Source: Bacillota bacterium | Lineage (GTDB): Bacteria; Bacillota; JAAYKD01 | DNA length: 64,000 bases | Direction of reading: 5' to 3' | Assembly (NCBI GenBank): GCA_963666425.2 | Contig: OY762825.2 | Coordinates: forward strand, 2,304,001-2,368,000 | The notes under the pieces: generated by a model | The model's database searches: none | What the model was told of the DNA's origin: nothing | The model's input: the letters and a program-made list of their open reading frames with translations, nothing else | Part shown: positions 38,517 through 48,424 of the stretch, piece after piece | Position numbering within the stretch: position 1 is the first letter of the stretch | Layout: each line of letters starts with the position of its first letter | Program-made: the position numbers and the translations under genes

Positions 38517-39110
38517 ATGGCAGAAGATAAGCGAATCCGAAAAACAAAACAATACATCAAGCAGGCTTTAATCAAACTACTCACCGAAAAATCTTTTGAA
38601 CAGATCACGGTTACCGAGCTGTGCAAAATATCAGACATCAGCCGTATTACTTTTTATGCCCACTATAATGACAAATTCACGCTGGTTGACGAAATGTTCA
38701 CTGAAATGCTGGAAAGCGCTACCAGAGATTACCGCAACAGTCAAAAGGAAAACAACCCCGCGAATGATACCATACAAACCTTCTGCAATCTGCTGGATTG
38801 TATTCTAAATCTCTATAACGAGCATATGTCGTTGCTAACCTACACCACAATTGATAAAAACCCCTATTTATATTACATGTTTTACAGTTACATTGTCCGG
38901 AGTATTGAACTGGTAATGACTCACAGAGACAAAGTCATAAAGCCGAAATATGCCATCAAGCAGGTCAGTGGTTTTATCTGCAACAGCCTCTGGGCATTCA
39001 TCAGCGAGGCGAAAACAGAAGGAAGCAATATCGCTGTGGTGCGAAAAGACGCGAAGGAAGTATTAATTGGCATCTTGGAGGCCAATATCGTAACGGAAAA
39101 GCGGGCTTAA
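38517..39110 (+). CDS. TetR/AcrR family regulator
   Basis: DKRIRKTK, ITVTELC..ISRITFYAHY; divergent from the DegV gene. Confidence 0.9.
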   Translation: MAEDKRIRKTKQYIKQALIKLLTEKSFEQITVTELCKISDISRITFYAHYNDKFTLVDEMFTEMLESATRDYRNSQKENNPANDTIQTFCNLLDCILNLYNEHMSLLTYTTIDKNPYLYYMFYSYIVRSIELVMTHRDKVIKPKYAIKQVSGFICNSLWAFISEAKTEGSNIAVVRKDAKEVLIGILEANIVTEKRA

Positions 39111-39342
39111 GAACCATTAAAAGAGCAATGGAAGCGTCCCCTTGCGATACGATTGATATTTTCTCGCTGTTCAACTTAGGTTTTTTTGACTTGTATTGAC
39201 AAAAACCTCAAAAAAAACAGCTGCAACCGGCTTGAGAAATACTTAATTTCTGCTCCGAAGTTCTTCCGGCATGCGGGTGAATTGTGAAGGGACATCCGGA
39301 ATTGGCTGGTTCGGTAAGATCAAAACATTGGAGGTGTAGACG

Positions 39343-40872
39343 ATGACAGAAAAAAACCGCACTTATATTGCAATTGACTTGAAGTCATTCTTCGCTTCCG
39401 TGGAGTGCATCGAGCGCGGGCTTGACCCCATGACGACGAACCTTGTGGTTGCAGATGCCAGCCGCACGGAAAAGACCATCTGCCTTGCGGTTTCTCCATC
39501 ACTGAAAGCACACGGTATTTCGGGACGCGCCCGTTTGTTTGAAGTCGTGCAGAAGATGAAAGAAGTGAATGCCAAGCGTCAGTCGAAAGCACCCGGCCGC
39601 AAATTCAGCGGTGAGTCTTACAACACCGCCGTGCTGAAGACATCACCGGAACTTGCGATTTCTTATATCATTGCACCGCCCCAAATGGCACACTACATAG
39701 AGTGCAGCACCCGGATTCACCAAATCTATCTGAAATACGTCGCACCCGAGGATATCCATGTTTATTCAATCGACGAGGTATTCATCGACGCTACGAATTA
39801 TCTGAACACCTATCAGCTCACACCGCATGAAATGACGATGATGCTGATTCAGGATGTGCTTAAAACCACAGGCGTTACGGCAACAGCCGGAATCGGAACG
39901 AATCTCTATCTTGCTAAAATCGCCATGGATATTCATGCCAAGCACATCGCACCCGATAAGGACGGCGTCCGCATCGCAGAACTGGACGAAATGAGTTACC
40001 GGCAGTTTTTTTGGACACATCAGCCACTCACGGATTTTTGGCGCGTCGGTAAAGGCTACGCCACCAAACTGGAAGCAAACGGAATCTACACAATGGGGGA
40101 TGTGGCGCGCTGTTCCTTGGGAAAGCCGCAGGAGCATCACAATGAGGACTTGCTTTATAAGCTCTTCGGCATCAATGCAGAATTACTCATCGACCACGCT
40201 TGGGGTTGGGAGCCTTGCACGATAGCTGAAATTAAAGCGTACTCGCCAAGCACGAGCAGCATCAGCTCAGGGCAGGTGCTGCAAAGCCCATATTCTTTTG
40301 ACAAAGCAAAACTGATTGTGCGTGAGATGACCGACCTTCTCGTCCTGGATTTGGTTGATAAAAAGCTTGTGACCGACCAGCTTGTGCTGAGCATTGGTTA
40401 CGACATCGAGAACCTGACAAACCCGCAGATCAGCCGTGCCTACCATGGCGAGATAACCACCGATCATTATGGGCGCAAGATACCAAAACATGCCCACGGC
40501 ACAGCGAAAATCGGTCGGCAAACCTCATCAACCATGCTCATTACGAATGCCGTTATGGAACTGTTTGACCGCATCATCGATCAAAATTTGCTTGTCAGGC
40601 GGATTAACGTCGCGGCTTGCCGTCTCGCAAGGGAAGACAGCGCCAAGCAGCCGGACACTTTTGAGCAGCTCGACATGTTTACCGATTACGAAGCAATCAA
40701 AAAGAAAAATGCCGAAGAAGAGACAGCGCTGGCACGTGAAAAGCGAATTCAGGAAGCGGTGCTGACGATAAAGAAAAAGTACGGCAAGAACGCCGTACTA
40801 AAAGGTATGAATCTTGAAGAAGGAGCCACCACCCTCGCCCGTAATAAGCAGATTGGAGGACACAAGGCATGA
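39343..40872 (+). CDS. Y-family DNA polymerase (UmuC/ImpB-like)
   Basis: IDLKSFFASVEC, YSIDEVFID, GIGTNLYLAK, C-terminal KYGKNA..QIGGHKA. Confidence 0.92.
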   Translation: MTEKNRTYIAIDLKSFFASVECIERGLDPMTTNLVVADASRTEKTICLAVSPSLKAHGISGRARLFEVVQKMKEVNAKRQSKAPGRKFSGESYNTAVLKTSPELAISYIIAPPQMAHYIECSTRIHQIYLKYVAPEDIHVYSIDEVFIDATNYLNTYQLTPHEMTMMLIQDVLKTTGVTATAGIGTNLYLAKIAMDIHAKHIAPDKDGVRIAELDEMSYRQFFWTHQPLTDFWRVGKGYATKLEANGIYTMGDVARCSLGKPQEHHNEDLLYKLFGINAELLIDHAWGWEPCTIAEIKAYSPSTSSISSGQVLQSPYSFDKAKLIVREMTDLLVLDLVDKKLVTDQLVLSIGYDIENLTNPQISRAYHGEITTDHYGRKIPKHAHGTAKIGRQTSSTMLITNAVMELFDRIIDQNLLVRRINVAACRLAREDSAKQPDTFEQLDMFTDYEAIKKKNAEEETALAREKRIQEAVLTIKKKYGKNAVLKGMNLEEGATTLARNKQIGGHKA

Positions 40873-41309
40873 CGAATCCATATCTTGATATCATCAACCT
40901 GCCGCATCACCGGTCCGCCACTCACCCGCAGATGTCCCCACATGATCGTGCGGCGCAGTTCTCACCTTTTGCGGCCTTGACCGGCTACGGGGACGCTGTT
41001 ACCGAAACCGCTCGCCTGACGGATGCGAAGATCGATCTCGACGAGTACGACAAAGCCGCACTCAATGAGCAGCTCAACCTGATACAGGATACTCTCGATG
41101 AGCAACCGGAAGTCTCCATCACCTATTTTTTACCCGACAAGAAAAAATCCGGTGGCGCGTATATTACCATGCGTATCAGCGGTAGCGTGAAGAAGATTGA
41201 TGCGTATGAACATATCGTCGTAATGTTGGATGCCAAAAGAATACCCTCGTTATGGTTTGGCGATAATAATTGTGAAGAAGATTACGTATCAGTCTTTCCG
41301 AATTCTTAA
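40869..41309 (+). CDS. YolD-like accessory protein, C-terminus replaced by a VOC fragment
   Basis: YLDIINLPHH.S..HPQMS..DRAAQFSPFAALTGY; coupled to the polymerase (ATGA overlap). Confidence 0.78.
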   Translation: MTNPYLDIINLPHHRSATHPQMSPHDRAAQFSPFAALTGYGDAVTETARLTDAKIDLDEYDKAALNEQLNLIQDTLDEQPEVSITYFLPDKKKSGGAYITMRISGSVKKIDAYEHIVVMLDAKRIPSLWFGDNNCEEDYVSVFPNS

Positions 41310-41580
41310 AGAACATCGTAAAATCCAAGCGAAAGCCTGAATGAGCATTTCAAGGGGATGTCCGGTAAAATCATTGCCGCTGAATTTATCCTGAACGGAC
41401 AAAAGTATCTTGCCCTGGATGGCGGACCCTATTTCCATTTCAATGAGGCGATCTCGATGACGATAGAATGTGATGATCAAAAAGAAATCGATTATTTTTG
41501 GGATAAGCTATCACATGTTCAAGAGGCAGAACAATGTGGTTGGGTGAAAGATAAATTTGGGCTTTCATGGCAGATGCTAA
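41240..41580 (+). pseudogene. Degraded VOC/PhnB (3-demethylubiquinone-9 methyltransferase-like) gene
   Basis: PSLWF..N.EE..YVSVFPNS, then ALDGGPYFHFNEAISM, QKEIDYFWDKL, QCGWVKDKFGLSWQ in a broken frame. Confidence 0.7.
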
Positions 41581-41614
41581 AGCGAACGAAGGACGAAATA
41601 TTGGCTAGCAATAG

Positions 41615-41676
41615 TGTACCAAGGGGACGGGGGTGTTGGCACAACTTTGTGCCAACACCCCCGTCCCCTTGGTACA
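41615..41676. repeat. Palindromic element, copy 4
   Basis: TGTACCAAGGGGACGGGGGTGTTGGCACAA-CT-TTGTGCCAACACCCCCGTCCCCTTGGTACA; perfect 30-bp arms. Confidence 0.95.
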
Positions 41677-41768
41677 GGAAAAAAGGTTTTTGGGGTTGCG
41701 CGTCAAATTAAAAGGCTGCTCATATCACGGAATTTTTCAATTTTTGATTTCAATTAGGAGGTAGCGCC

Positions 41769-43181
41769 ATGTTTGGCTTACAGACTAAGACGATTGGACA
41801 GGCGGAGAAATCGCAGGTTTCACAGTTGATCACGCTGCTTTTACTGGCGGCTGCTATCATTACTCCCTTGATTATCGTGCCTTACGGTGCCGATTATTTC
41901 TACCAACCCAAAGCAATTTTTCTCTATTTCCTGGCTGTGATCATGCTTTCGGTGGATCTCTATTGTCAGAGAAAGCTCTCGGTGCCAAAGGATGCCATCA
42001 ATATCCTGCTGTTTGTCTACTTGGCGTTGGTGCTTTTGGCTACCTGTTTCTCAACGGATCTGCGTATCTCCATTTTAGGTCGCGTCCGCCGCTGCGACGG
42101 GATTTTTACGATTTACACCTATGCGGTTTTCTTTCTGTTTGCCCGTCATCATTATCACTATCAACCGAAACATCTGGACTGGTTCATTGCATCAGCGACA
42201 CTGCTGTCCGTCTACGGTATTTTTCAGCATTTCGGGCTAGATCCCATCCCGCGCGATTCGCAGCGGATCGGCTGGGGTTTGCGTCCGTTTGTAACCTTCG
42301 GCAATCCGGATTTTTTTGGTGCCTACCTCAGCCTGGTTTTCCCCATAAGCTGGTTTGCCTATCTTGCAACCAAGAAACTGCGTTATTTAGGAGCAGCAGC
42401 ACTGCTTTTCCTTTGCTTCCTCTATGTTTCCACCCGCAGCGCTTGGGTAGGGCTTGCGTTCGGCACACTGTTCCTGCTCTGGTTTGTCTATAGCCTCAAG
42501 CTCAGTAAAAAAGCTTTGCTGCTCAGTCTGTTGGTTTTTGTGCTGCTCTTTGCCGGGGTTAATTACAAAGACGGCGGCAGCATGGTAAACCGCCTGCAGT
42601 CGATTGCGACGGATGCGGCCAAAGTCATCACACAAACAGAAGATTATGAAAAAGCCGGCGCCGGCCGCATTTATATTTGGACCCGTGTCTGGGAATTGAT
42701 CAAAGCACGTCCGTGGCTTGGTTATGGTCCGGAAACTTTGGGTGAGGTTTTTTTGCAAGTCTACCGGGATGACATGCTGGAACATTATCATAAGCTCTAT
42801 CTCTTTGACAAAGCGCATAACGAATATCTGCATATTGCAGTGACTACGGGAATTCCGGCCGCCCTCAGTTATCTTGGTTTTTTGTTCCTCTGTTGCTGGC
42901 AGGTTTGGTTGAAACTTTGGCGTTCGTTTTTGAGCCGTGAGAAACAGAAAAAGCAGGAAGAGGGTTCTTTGCAGACCCTTCCAATTCTCAGAGGAGATTT
43001 GATGACAGCCGGTTTGCTGATCGCAGTCGTTTCTTACTGCGTGCAGGCAGCAATGAACATCAGTGTGGTATCGGTAGGATATTTGTTTTGGATCTTGCTC
43101 GGTATCATGATGAGCGGAAACCTGAATTCTGCCAAAACCATCAGTCCAGAGAGCATGCAAACAGCTGAAATGGGAAAATAA
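41769..43181 (+). CDS. O-antigen ligase (Wzy_C) family membrane protein
   Basis: TFGNPD, STRSAW, GRIYIW, PWLGYGP, AHNEYL. Confidence 0.88.
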   Translation: MFGLQTKTIGQAEKSQVSQLITLLLLAAAIITPLIIVPYGADYFYQPKAIFLYFLAVIMLSVDLYCQRKLSVPKDAINILLFVYLALVLLATCFSTDLRISILGRVRRCDGIFTIYTYAVFFLFARHHYHYQPKHLDWFIASATLLSVYGIFQHFGLDPIPRDSQRIGWGLRPFVTFGNPDFFGAYLSLVFPISWFAYLATKKLRYLGAAALLFLCFLYVSTRSAWVGLAFGTLFLLWFVYSLKLSKKALLLSLLVFVLLFAGVNYKDGGSMVNRLQSIATDAAKVITQTEDYEKAGAGRIYIWTRVWELIKARPWLGYGPETLGEVFLQVYRDDMLEHYHKLYLFDKAHNEYLHIAVTTGIPAALSYLGFLFLCCWQVWLKLWRSFLSREKQKKQEEGSLQTLPILRGDLMTAGLLIAVVSYCVQAAMNISVVSVGYLFWILLGIMMSGNLNSAKTISPESMQTAEMGK

Positions 43182-43551
43182 GAATTGCACGTATCCTGAA
43201 TTAAATATATGTAAAACGTAATTAATTGCAAAGTCTGTAATAAATAGTATAAAGATATAATTGCACAGAGCCTAATTCATCAGTTTGATAATGTAATGCG
43301 TAATTATGTATAAATATAAGATAAAATAAACAGTAAGTAGACTTATTAGACAATAATATGTATTTATAGATTTAAAGAGGTAAAATTGTTGAATTTTAGA
43401 AAAAAAGGAAAGAAGCATAGCGATGGCGAATATATTCTCTATTGAAGAAGGAATTTTTCACACAGATATAGAATTTTAAAAAAAACTGACTTTAACTAAC
43501 GCTCTCATGCAGAAAAAGGCCGTTCATAGAGGCAACGGGGAAGAAAGGGGG

Positions 43552-44613
43552 ATGGGGAGGATGCGTCGTTCCGGGCAGAAAGGGTTTACTTTAATTGAAA
43601 TGGTTGTCGTGATGACGCTCATGGCAATCGTATCCGGATTCGGCTTGCCTGCGGCAACGGCCTACATGGAGCAATCTCAATCGATGCAGATGCAAAATTA
43701 CGCCAAGACGCTCTATTATGCCACCCAATCCGCCCTCACCTATTATAAAAGCGGCGGTCATGCAGATGATCTGAAGCAGCAGATCATCCTGGCCGGAACG
43801 CCGATTGACAGTTACATTTACAATTACCTCGGCAAAACCGATCCGGATTTGTCGGCTAACCAATATTATGCACTGCTTTTGGAAAAAGGAGAAGCAGATC
43901 CTCTTTCCGCCGATGCGAGCTTAATCAAGCAGCTCTGTTCCCCCTATCTCTATGATGCCGCAGTTTTAACGGAAGCGGTTTGCTTGGAGATCGATCTAGA
44001 CAACTACACTGTCTTTGCGGTTTTTTATACAGCCAATCCAAAATTATTATCCTATACGGCAGCTGCTCAGCAGATTTCTCTTTTAGATCGCAGTGAGACT
44101 GCTTTAAGAACAAATCTGTTAGGGATGTATGTGGGGGAGGCGGTTGTCAAATCCTACGCTCTGCAGGAACCGGCTGTCATTGATACAGCGGCAAATCCGG
44201 CGAATTTGTTCGACGGAACCACCGAGGATTATGGTGAATATTGGGCGGTTGAACGCGAAAAAGATGAAATCAGTGTCGATAATCCCATCCCAATCACCAT
44301 GGCTTTCTCGTCTTCTCATATCCGCAGAATCGAAATATCCTGGTACGGCGCCGAGAAAACGTATGACTATAATCTTAGATATCTCAAGAGCAACGGCAGA
44401 TGGGGGCTGGTGAATCAAAGCGGCATCCGGCACGCTTCTGGTTTTGATTACTACGAATTCAGTGATACAACAGAGCAGCTGCGTTTAGAAATCATCGGTC
44501 ATGATCAACTGGATACCGTGTATGGCATTTGGGAGATTAAATTATACAAGCAAATCTTATCGGATAAAGATGTCCTGATCGAAGGAGCGGCCATTGAGGT
44601 GACCATTTCGTAG
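43552..44613 (+). CDS. Type IV minor pilin with C-terminal discoidin/F5-8-like domain (start uncertain)
   Basis: KGFTLIEMVVV prepilin motif; ANLFDG...YW, IWEIKLY. Confidence 0.75.
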   Translation: MGRMRRSGQKGFTLIEMVVVMTLMAIVSGFGLPAATAYMEQSQSMQMQNYAKTLYYATQSALTYYKSGGHADDLKQQIILAGTPIDSYIYNYLGKTDPDLSANQYYALLLEKGEADPLSADASLIKQLCSPYLYDAAVLTEAVCLEIDLDNYTVFAVFYTANPKLLSYTAAAQQISLLDRSETALRTNLLGMYVGEAVVKSYALQEPAVIDTAANPANLFDGTTEDYGEYWAVEREKDEISVDNPIPITMAFSSSHIRRIEISWYGAEKTYDYNLRYLKSNGRWGLVNQSGIRHASGFDYYEFSDTTEQLRLEIIGHDQLDTVYGIWEIKLYKQILSDKDVLIEGAAIEVTIS

Positions 44614-44678
44614 AATTGCTTGCAATATTGTTCCCTGTGAGGGCAGTTACAGGAATTTAGGATTAAGGGTGTGGGAGA

Positions 44679-45485
44679 ATGAAAATCATCAGTCAGCAAT
44701 ATCAAAACAATTTTCGCCCCGCTCATGCCCGCCGCGGTTCTGCCATGGTCATTATCATCTGCGCCGCTGCATTGTTTTCCGCCATGTCGCTCTCCCTCTT
44801 GTTTTCTTCCGCTACCTTGGCTGCCACGGCCAATCGAAAGATCCTGCGGATGCGAACTTACGAACAGGCTTTGAGTTTCTCCGCTGCCTTTACCAACCAA
44901 CTATCCTCGGAGGATTACGATTCGGAGCTCTGTCAGAGCATCGATAATTTCTTAACGGGTTCCTATCAGGATTATCATTTCGACGACAGTGTCAGCCAAC
45001 AGGAAGCAGCCACCTATACCTTTGCCATGAGCAGCGCTTTACCGGAAGGCTACGGCGAGATCGAATTGATCCTGAGAAAACAGCAGCAAACGATTCATAT
45101 TTTTCTTTCGGATGATAGCTTTGTCGTCAATAACTATTTGCCCAACGGCTTGGGACAGCTCAAAGGGGATCTCTTTTATTATGAAAAGACGCTGAAGGAT
45201 ATCGATTATCTGGCCTGGGTCAGCGTCCGCTGTACGCTGAACGGCGATGATGGCTCTGCCAGCACGGTGGACAGCAAGTTCAAACGCACCGTTAATTATG
45301 TGCCGACTTATTCCTTAGTGCGCGGCGGCATTGCAACGGTAATCTACCACAACGATAATTTCGATTGGTATCTGACCGCCGATTGTTCCGGAAGCATGCT
45401 CAGCCTGCAGGCGAATGATGTGATCGAAGGGGTCTGCACAGAAGAAGGCCGACTCTATTATTATCAGATCACAGGGGTGGACTAA
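44679..45485 (+). CDS. PilX-like minor pilin
   Basis: RRGSAMVIII cleavage site lacking Glu5; position in the cluster. Confidence 0.6.
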   Translation: MKIISQQYQNNFRPAHARRGSAMVIIICAAALFSAMSLSLLFSSATLAATANRKILRMRTYEQALSFSAAFTNQLSSEDYDSELCQSIDNFLTGSYQDYHFDDSVSQQEAATYTFAMSSALPEGYGEIELILRKQQQTIHIFLSDDSFVVNNYLPNGLGQLKGDLFYYEKTLKDIDYLAWVSVRCTLNGDDGSASTVDSKFKRTVNYVPTYSLVRGGIATVIYHNDNFDWYLTADCSGSMLSLQANDVIEGVCTEEGRLYYYQITGVD

Positions 45486-45486
45486 G

Positions 45487-45810
45487 ATGAGCAAAAAAGG
45501 CACCACGCTGGCGGAAGTGATTATTTGTTTCACACTGCTGGTTCTCCTAATTGCCATGCTCAATGGGGCGATTCAGTTTTCCCATAAAATGATCGTAAAA
45601 GCGGATGAAATCCGCGAAACGGCAGCCGAAATCGCCGTGCAGCTGATCGAGCATACCTACACCAACAACCCCCTGGCCACGGCGCAGCCGGCGAGTGTCA
45701 CGCTTTCCGATGGCAGCTTGACCATGCAGCTCGACCTGACGCTGCAGAACCAAGAAATCGCTGTTGTGGGTGGAACGGTTTATCATTTTCTGGTTTATGC
45801 CGCACCCTAG
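45487..45810 (+). CDS. Minor pilin
   Basis: KKGTTLAEVII prepilin motif. Confidence 0.75.
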   Translation: MSKKGTTLAEVIICFTLLVLLIAMLNGAIQFSHKMIVKADEIRETAAEIAVQLIEHTYTNNPLATAQPASVTLSDGSLTMQLDLTLQNQEIAVVGGTVYHFLVYAAP

Positions 45811-45839
45811 CTTGAGTGCAACCGTAAAGGAGGTGCGTC

Positions 45840-46487
45840 TTGCTGCATCGCATCAAAACAGGCAGGCGTAAGGGGATTACCTTGGTGGAAATGGTTGTGA
45901 CCTCAGTCTTGCTGCTGATGTTTCTCACCTCCATCACTGCTCTGATCGGTCCTTATATCAATAGTTTCTATCGTGTTCAGGATCTGAACAACTGTCAATT
46001 GATGGCGGAGACCATCCTGGAAAGTGTGCGCGATCAGCTCCGGGAAGCGACCAAAATCAATCTGATTTTGAACAGCCAATATAAAGGTCATCTCATTCTT
46101 TATACCGATACCGAAGGCATCTACCGTTTGTTGGAAACCAGCGGAGGCACAAAGAGTGTTTATGATATGAATGGTATCCAAGTTGGATCCGATACTGAAC
46201 TGCAGCCGGGTGAACTCTGGATTTGCTATTACCGGGACCTACCGGATTTAGCAAATGATCCCGGCGCAGAGGATCGGACCCGCGGCATCGAACAAGTCTA
46301 TGGGGATAAGTTTTATGCCGGCAGTCAAATCGCACTGACTTATCAGCCGGTCACCTTCAGCGATGGAGAGAAAACCAGAATTTCTTATGTGACGGTGACA
46401 ATTGAAGTGTGGCGCAGCGAGCGTTTGATTTTTAGCGACAAGGGGGTGATTGATTTGCAGTACAAGCCGATAAGTATCACCGGCTAA
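45840..46487 (+). CDS. Minor pilin
   Basis: RKGITLVEMVV prepilin motif; AGGAGG RBS before TTG. Confidence 0.78.
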   Translation: MLHRIKTGRRKGITLVEMVVTSVLLLMFLTSITALIGPYINSFYRVQDLNNCQLMAETILESVRDQLREATKINLILNSQYKGHLILYTDTEGIYRLLETSGGTKSVYDMNGIQVGSDTELQPGELWICYYRDLPDLANDPGAEDRTRGIEQVYGDKFYAGSQIALTYQPVTFSDGEKTRISYVTVTIEVWRSERLIFSDKGVIDLQYKPISITG

Positions 46488-46570
46488 AGCACTGCGTAGA
46501 ACTTATCCGGCCACCGTACTGTATCATTATGAATGAAAAAATCACAAAATCAGAAAGGAACTTAATTAAA

Positions 46571-46978
46571 ATGAAGAAGAAAATGAAAAGCAAAAAAGGC
46601 TTTACCCTCGTCGAAATCGTGGTTGTTCTCGTTATCCTGGCGATCTTAGCCGCCATTGCCATCCCCGCTTACACCGGTTATATTGACAAAGCCAATGAAA
46701 GAGCCATTGCCGCCGAGGCTCGTAGCGTCTTAATGGCTGCACAGACATTGGGTTCAGAGGCATACGGACTGAATGCAGTTACTACTTCACAGATTACCAT
46801 TGCTAAAATTGCAGAATTGTCTGAAGCCGATGGTACTATTAAAGTATCATTTAATTCAAAAGGTTTAGTAACAGCATTGAGTTATGCGTCCGGTACTAAA
46901 GTTGCTTCTTATAATGGAGCAACTTGGTCGATTCCAGGCGCCGAATTAGCAGAAGCTCTCACGATTGCTACCCCATAG
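46571..46978 (+). CDS. Probable major type IV pilin
   Basis: KKGFTLVEIVVVLVILAILAAIAIP; followed by strong hairpins. Confidence 0.88.
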   Translation: MKKKMKSKKGFTLVEIVVVLVILAILAAIAIPAYTGYIDKANERAIAAEARSVLMAAQTLGSEAYGLNAVTTSQITIAKIAELSEADGTIKVSFNSKGLVTALSYASGTKVASYNGATWSIPGAELAEALTIATP

Positions 46979-47016
46979 TAACCTGAAAACAATAACGCAT
47001 CCAATAGGAACGTTTC

Positions 47017-47166
47017 GCATCCGTCCGGTGGGAATTCTCTCTCACCGGATGGTTGGCGTTATGGCCAACTCCTGTCCCTTAAGGCTGCTCACGTCCAGCT
47101 TGTTTTAAAAAAACAAGATTCTCCGCAGGACACAAAATTTGTTTTATGTTTTGCGGAGAATCTTGC
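47017..47166 (+). terminator. Two hairpins after the major pilin (terminator or mRNA stabiliser)
   Basis: TCCGGTG...CACCGGA and CAAGATTCTCCGCA...TGCGGAGAATCTTG inverted repeats. Confidence 0.5.
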
Positions 47167-47198
47167 TCAGCGCTCATGGTGGAAGGGAAGAAAGTGCT

Positions 47199-48401
47199 AT
47201 GCCAAAATATCAGTATACTGCCTACGATGAAAGCGGGAAAACCCTGCGGGGCCAGGCAGACGCACTGGATGAAAAAGAGCTGTATCGCAAACTGAAAGAA
47301 GACAGTATTTTCATTGTGACGGCCAAAGTTGTGGTGCAGCGCGGCAATCTGCGCCGCTTAAAACCCAAGATCGTGGTGTCTTATTGCCGCGAAATGGGAA
47401 CGCTGCTCAATGCCGGTATTTCTCTGGTGCGCGCTTTGCATATCCTGGCGCAGGAAGAAGAAATCGATCCCTACTCCCGTCTGGTTTTTGAAAATGTGCA
47501 GAACCAAATCCGCCGCGGTGTGGCGCTTTCGGAAGCCATGCGCGCCCAGGGCAGCGCTTTCCCGGAACTCCTGATTCAGATGATTAATGCGGCGGAAAAT
47601 AGCGGCACCATCGACAAGACCATCGCCCGCATGGCGGAGTTTTACGAGAAAGATTACCGCATGAACCAAAAAATCGGCGGCGCTATGACCTATCCGGCTG
47701 TTTTAGCGGTGCTGACCGTGGCCGCTGTGATGGTGATCGTGACCTTTGTGCTGCCGCAGTTCGAATCGATGTTTGCCATGGTCGGTGAACTGCCAACGCC
47801 AACCAAGATCATCTTGGCCATCAGCGATTTTATGAGTAATTACTGGTATTTGGCTTTAGCCGCGGTAGTGTTGTTGGTTTTTGCGGTTAAGCTGATTTTA
47901 CGGGTTCCGCTGGTACAGCTGCGCCTGGATAAGCTGAAAGTGCACGTCAAGGGTTTTAAGAAGATGCTTTGCACCATCTATACCGCCCGTTTTGCCAGGA
48001 CGTTGAGTTCGCTTTATTCCAGCGGTATGCCGATTTTAATGTGCCTGGAGGTTGGCCGCAGCACGGTTGGCAATACTTACATTGCCTCCCAGTTTGATGC
48101 GGTGATCGCCTCGGTCCGGCAGGGCGGCACGCTGGCGCAGGCGGTGGCTATGGTTGATGGCTTTGAAAAGAAATTAGCTTCCACAATTTTTGTGGGAGAA
48201 GAGACCGGTAATCTGGATACAATGCTGAATGTGGTCTCCGACAGCATGGATTACGAGAGCGAGATTGCGGTTGCTAAAATGACCACCATGATTGAGCCGA
48301 TTATGATTATCTTTATGGCGGCAATTATCGGCTTCATCATGATTTCCGTCATGATGCCGATTTTCTCCATGTATTCCGGCATTGAGGGTGGAGCGACTTA
48401 A
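47199..48401 (+). CDS. pilC: Type IV pilus platform protein (GspF family)
   Basis: LLNAGISL, AENSG, AMTYP, GEETG, IEPIMI. Confidence 0.92.
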   Translation: MPKYQYTAYDESGKTLRGQADALDEKELYRKLKEDSIFIVTAKVVVQRGNLRRLKPKIVVSYCREMGTLLNAGISLVRALHILAQEEEIDPYSRLVFENVQNQIRRGVALSEAMRAQGSAFPELLIQMINAAENSGTIDKTIARMAEFYEKDYRMNQKIGGAMTYPAVLAVLTVAAVMVIVTFVLPQFESMFAMVGELPTPTKIILAISDFMSNYWYLALAAVVLLVFAVKLILRVPLVQLRLDKLKVHVKGFKKMLCTIYTARFARTLSSLYSSGMPILMCLEVGRSTVGNTYIASQFDAVIASVRQGGTLAQAVAMVDGFEKKLASTIFVGEETGNLDTMLNVVSDSMDYESEIAVAKMTTMIEPIMIIFMAAIIGFIMISVMMPIFSMYSGIEGGAT

Positions 48402-48424
48402 AAAGCAAGCGGTGAGGTGAAAAG

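Larger units (their letters stand above)
32314..41676. mobile_element. tRNA-Lys-adjacent accessory island partitioned by palindromic repeats
   Basis: Starts just after the tRNA; visibly AT-rich first half; pseudogenes, recombinase remnant, Y-family polymerase; four copies of one palindrome, none elsewhere in the window. Confidence 0.7.

Noticed and set aside
39180-39342. LexA/SOS box upstream of the Y-family polymerase
   Set aside because: No complete GAAC-N4-GTTC found, only a partial GTTCG
32314-41676. Four repeats as a CRISPR array
   Set aside because: The intervals are about 1.1-4.7 kb and contain genes, the repeats are 54-62 bp full palindromes, and no cas genes are present
32272-41768. 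attR-type duplication of the tRNA-Lys 3' end at the far island boundary
   Set aside because: No second copy of the tRNA 3' end was seen by eye, so classical tRNA-targeted integration is not demonstrated
43182-43550. c-di-GMP riboswitch upstream of the pilus genes
   Set aside because: The region is very AT-rich with no recognisable riboswitch motif or stable stems
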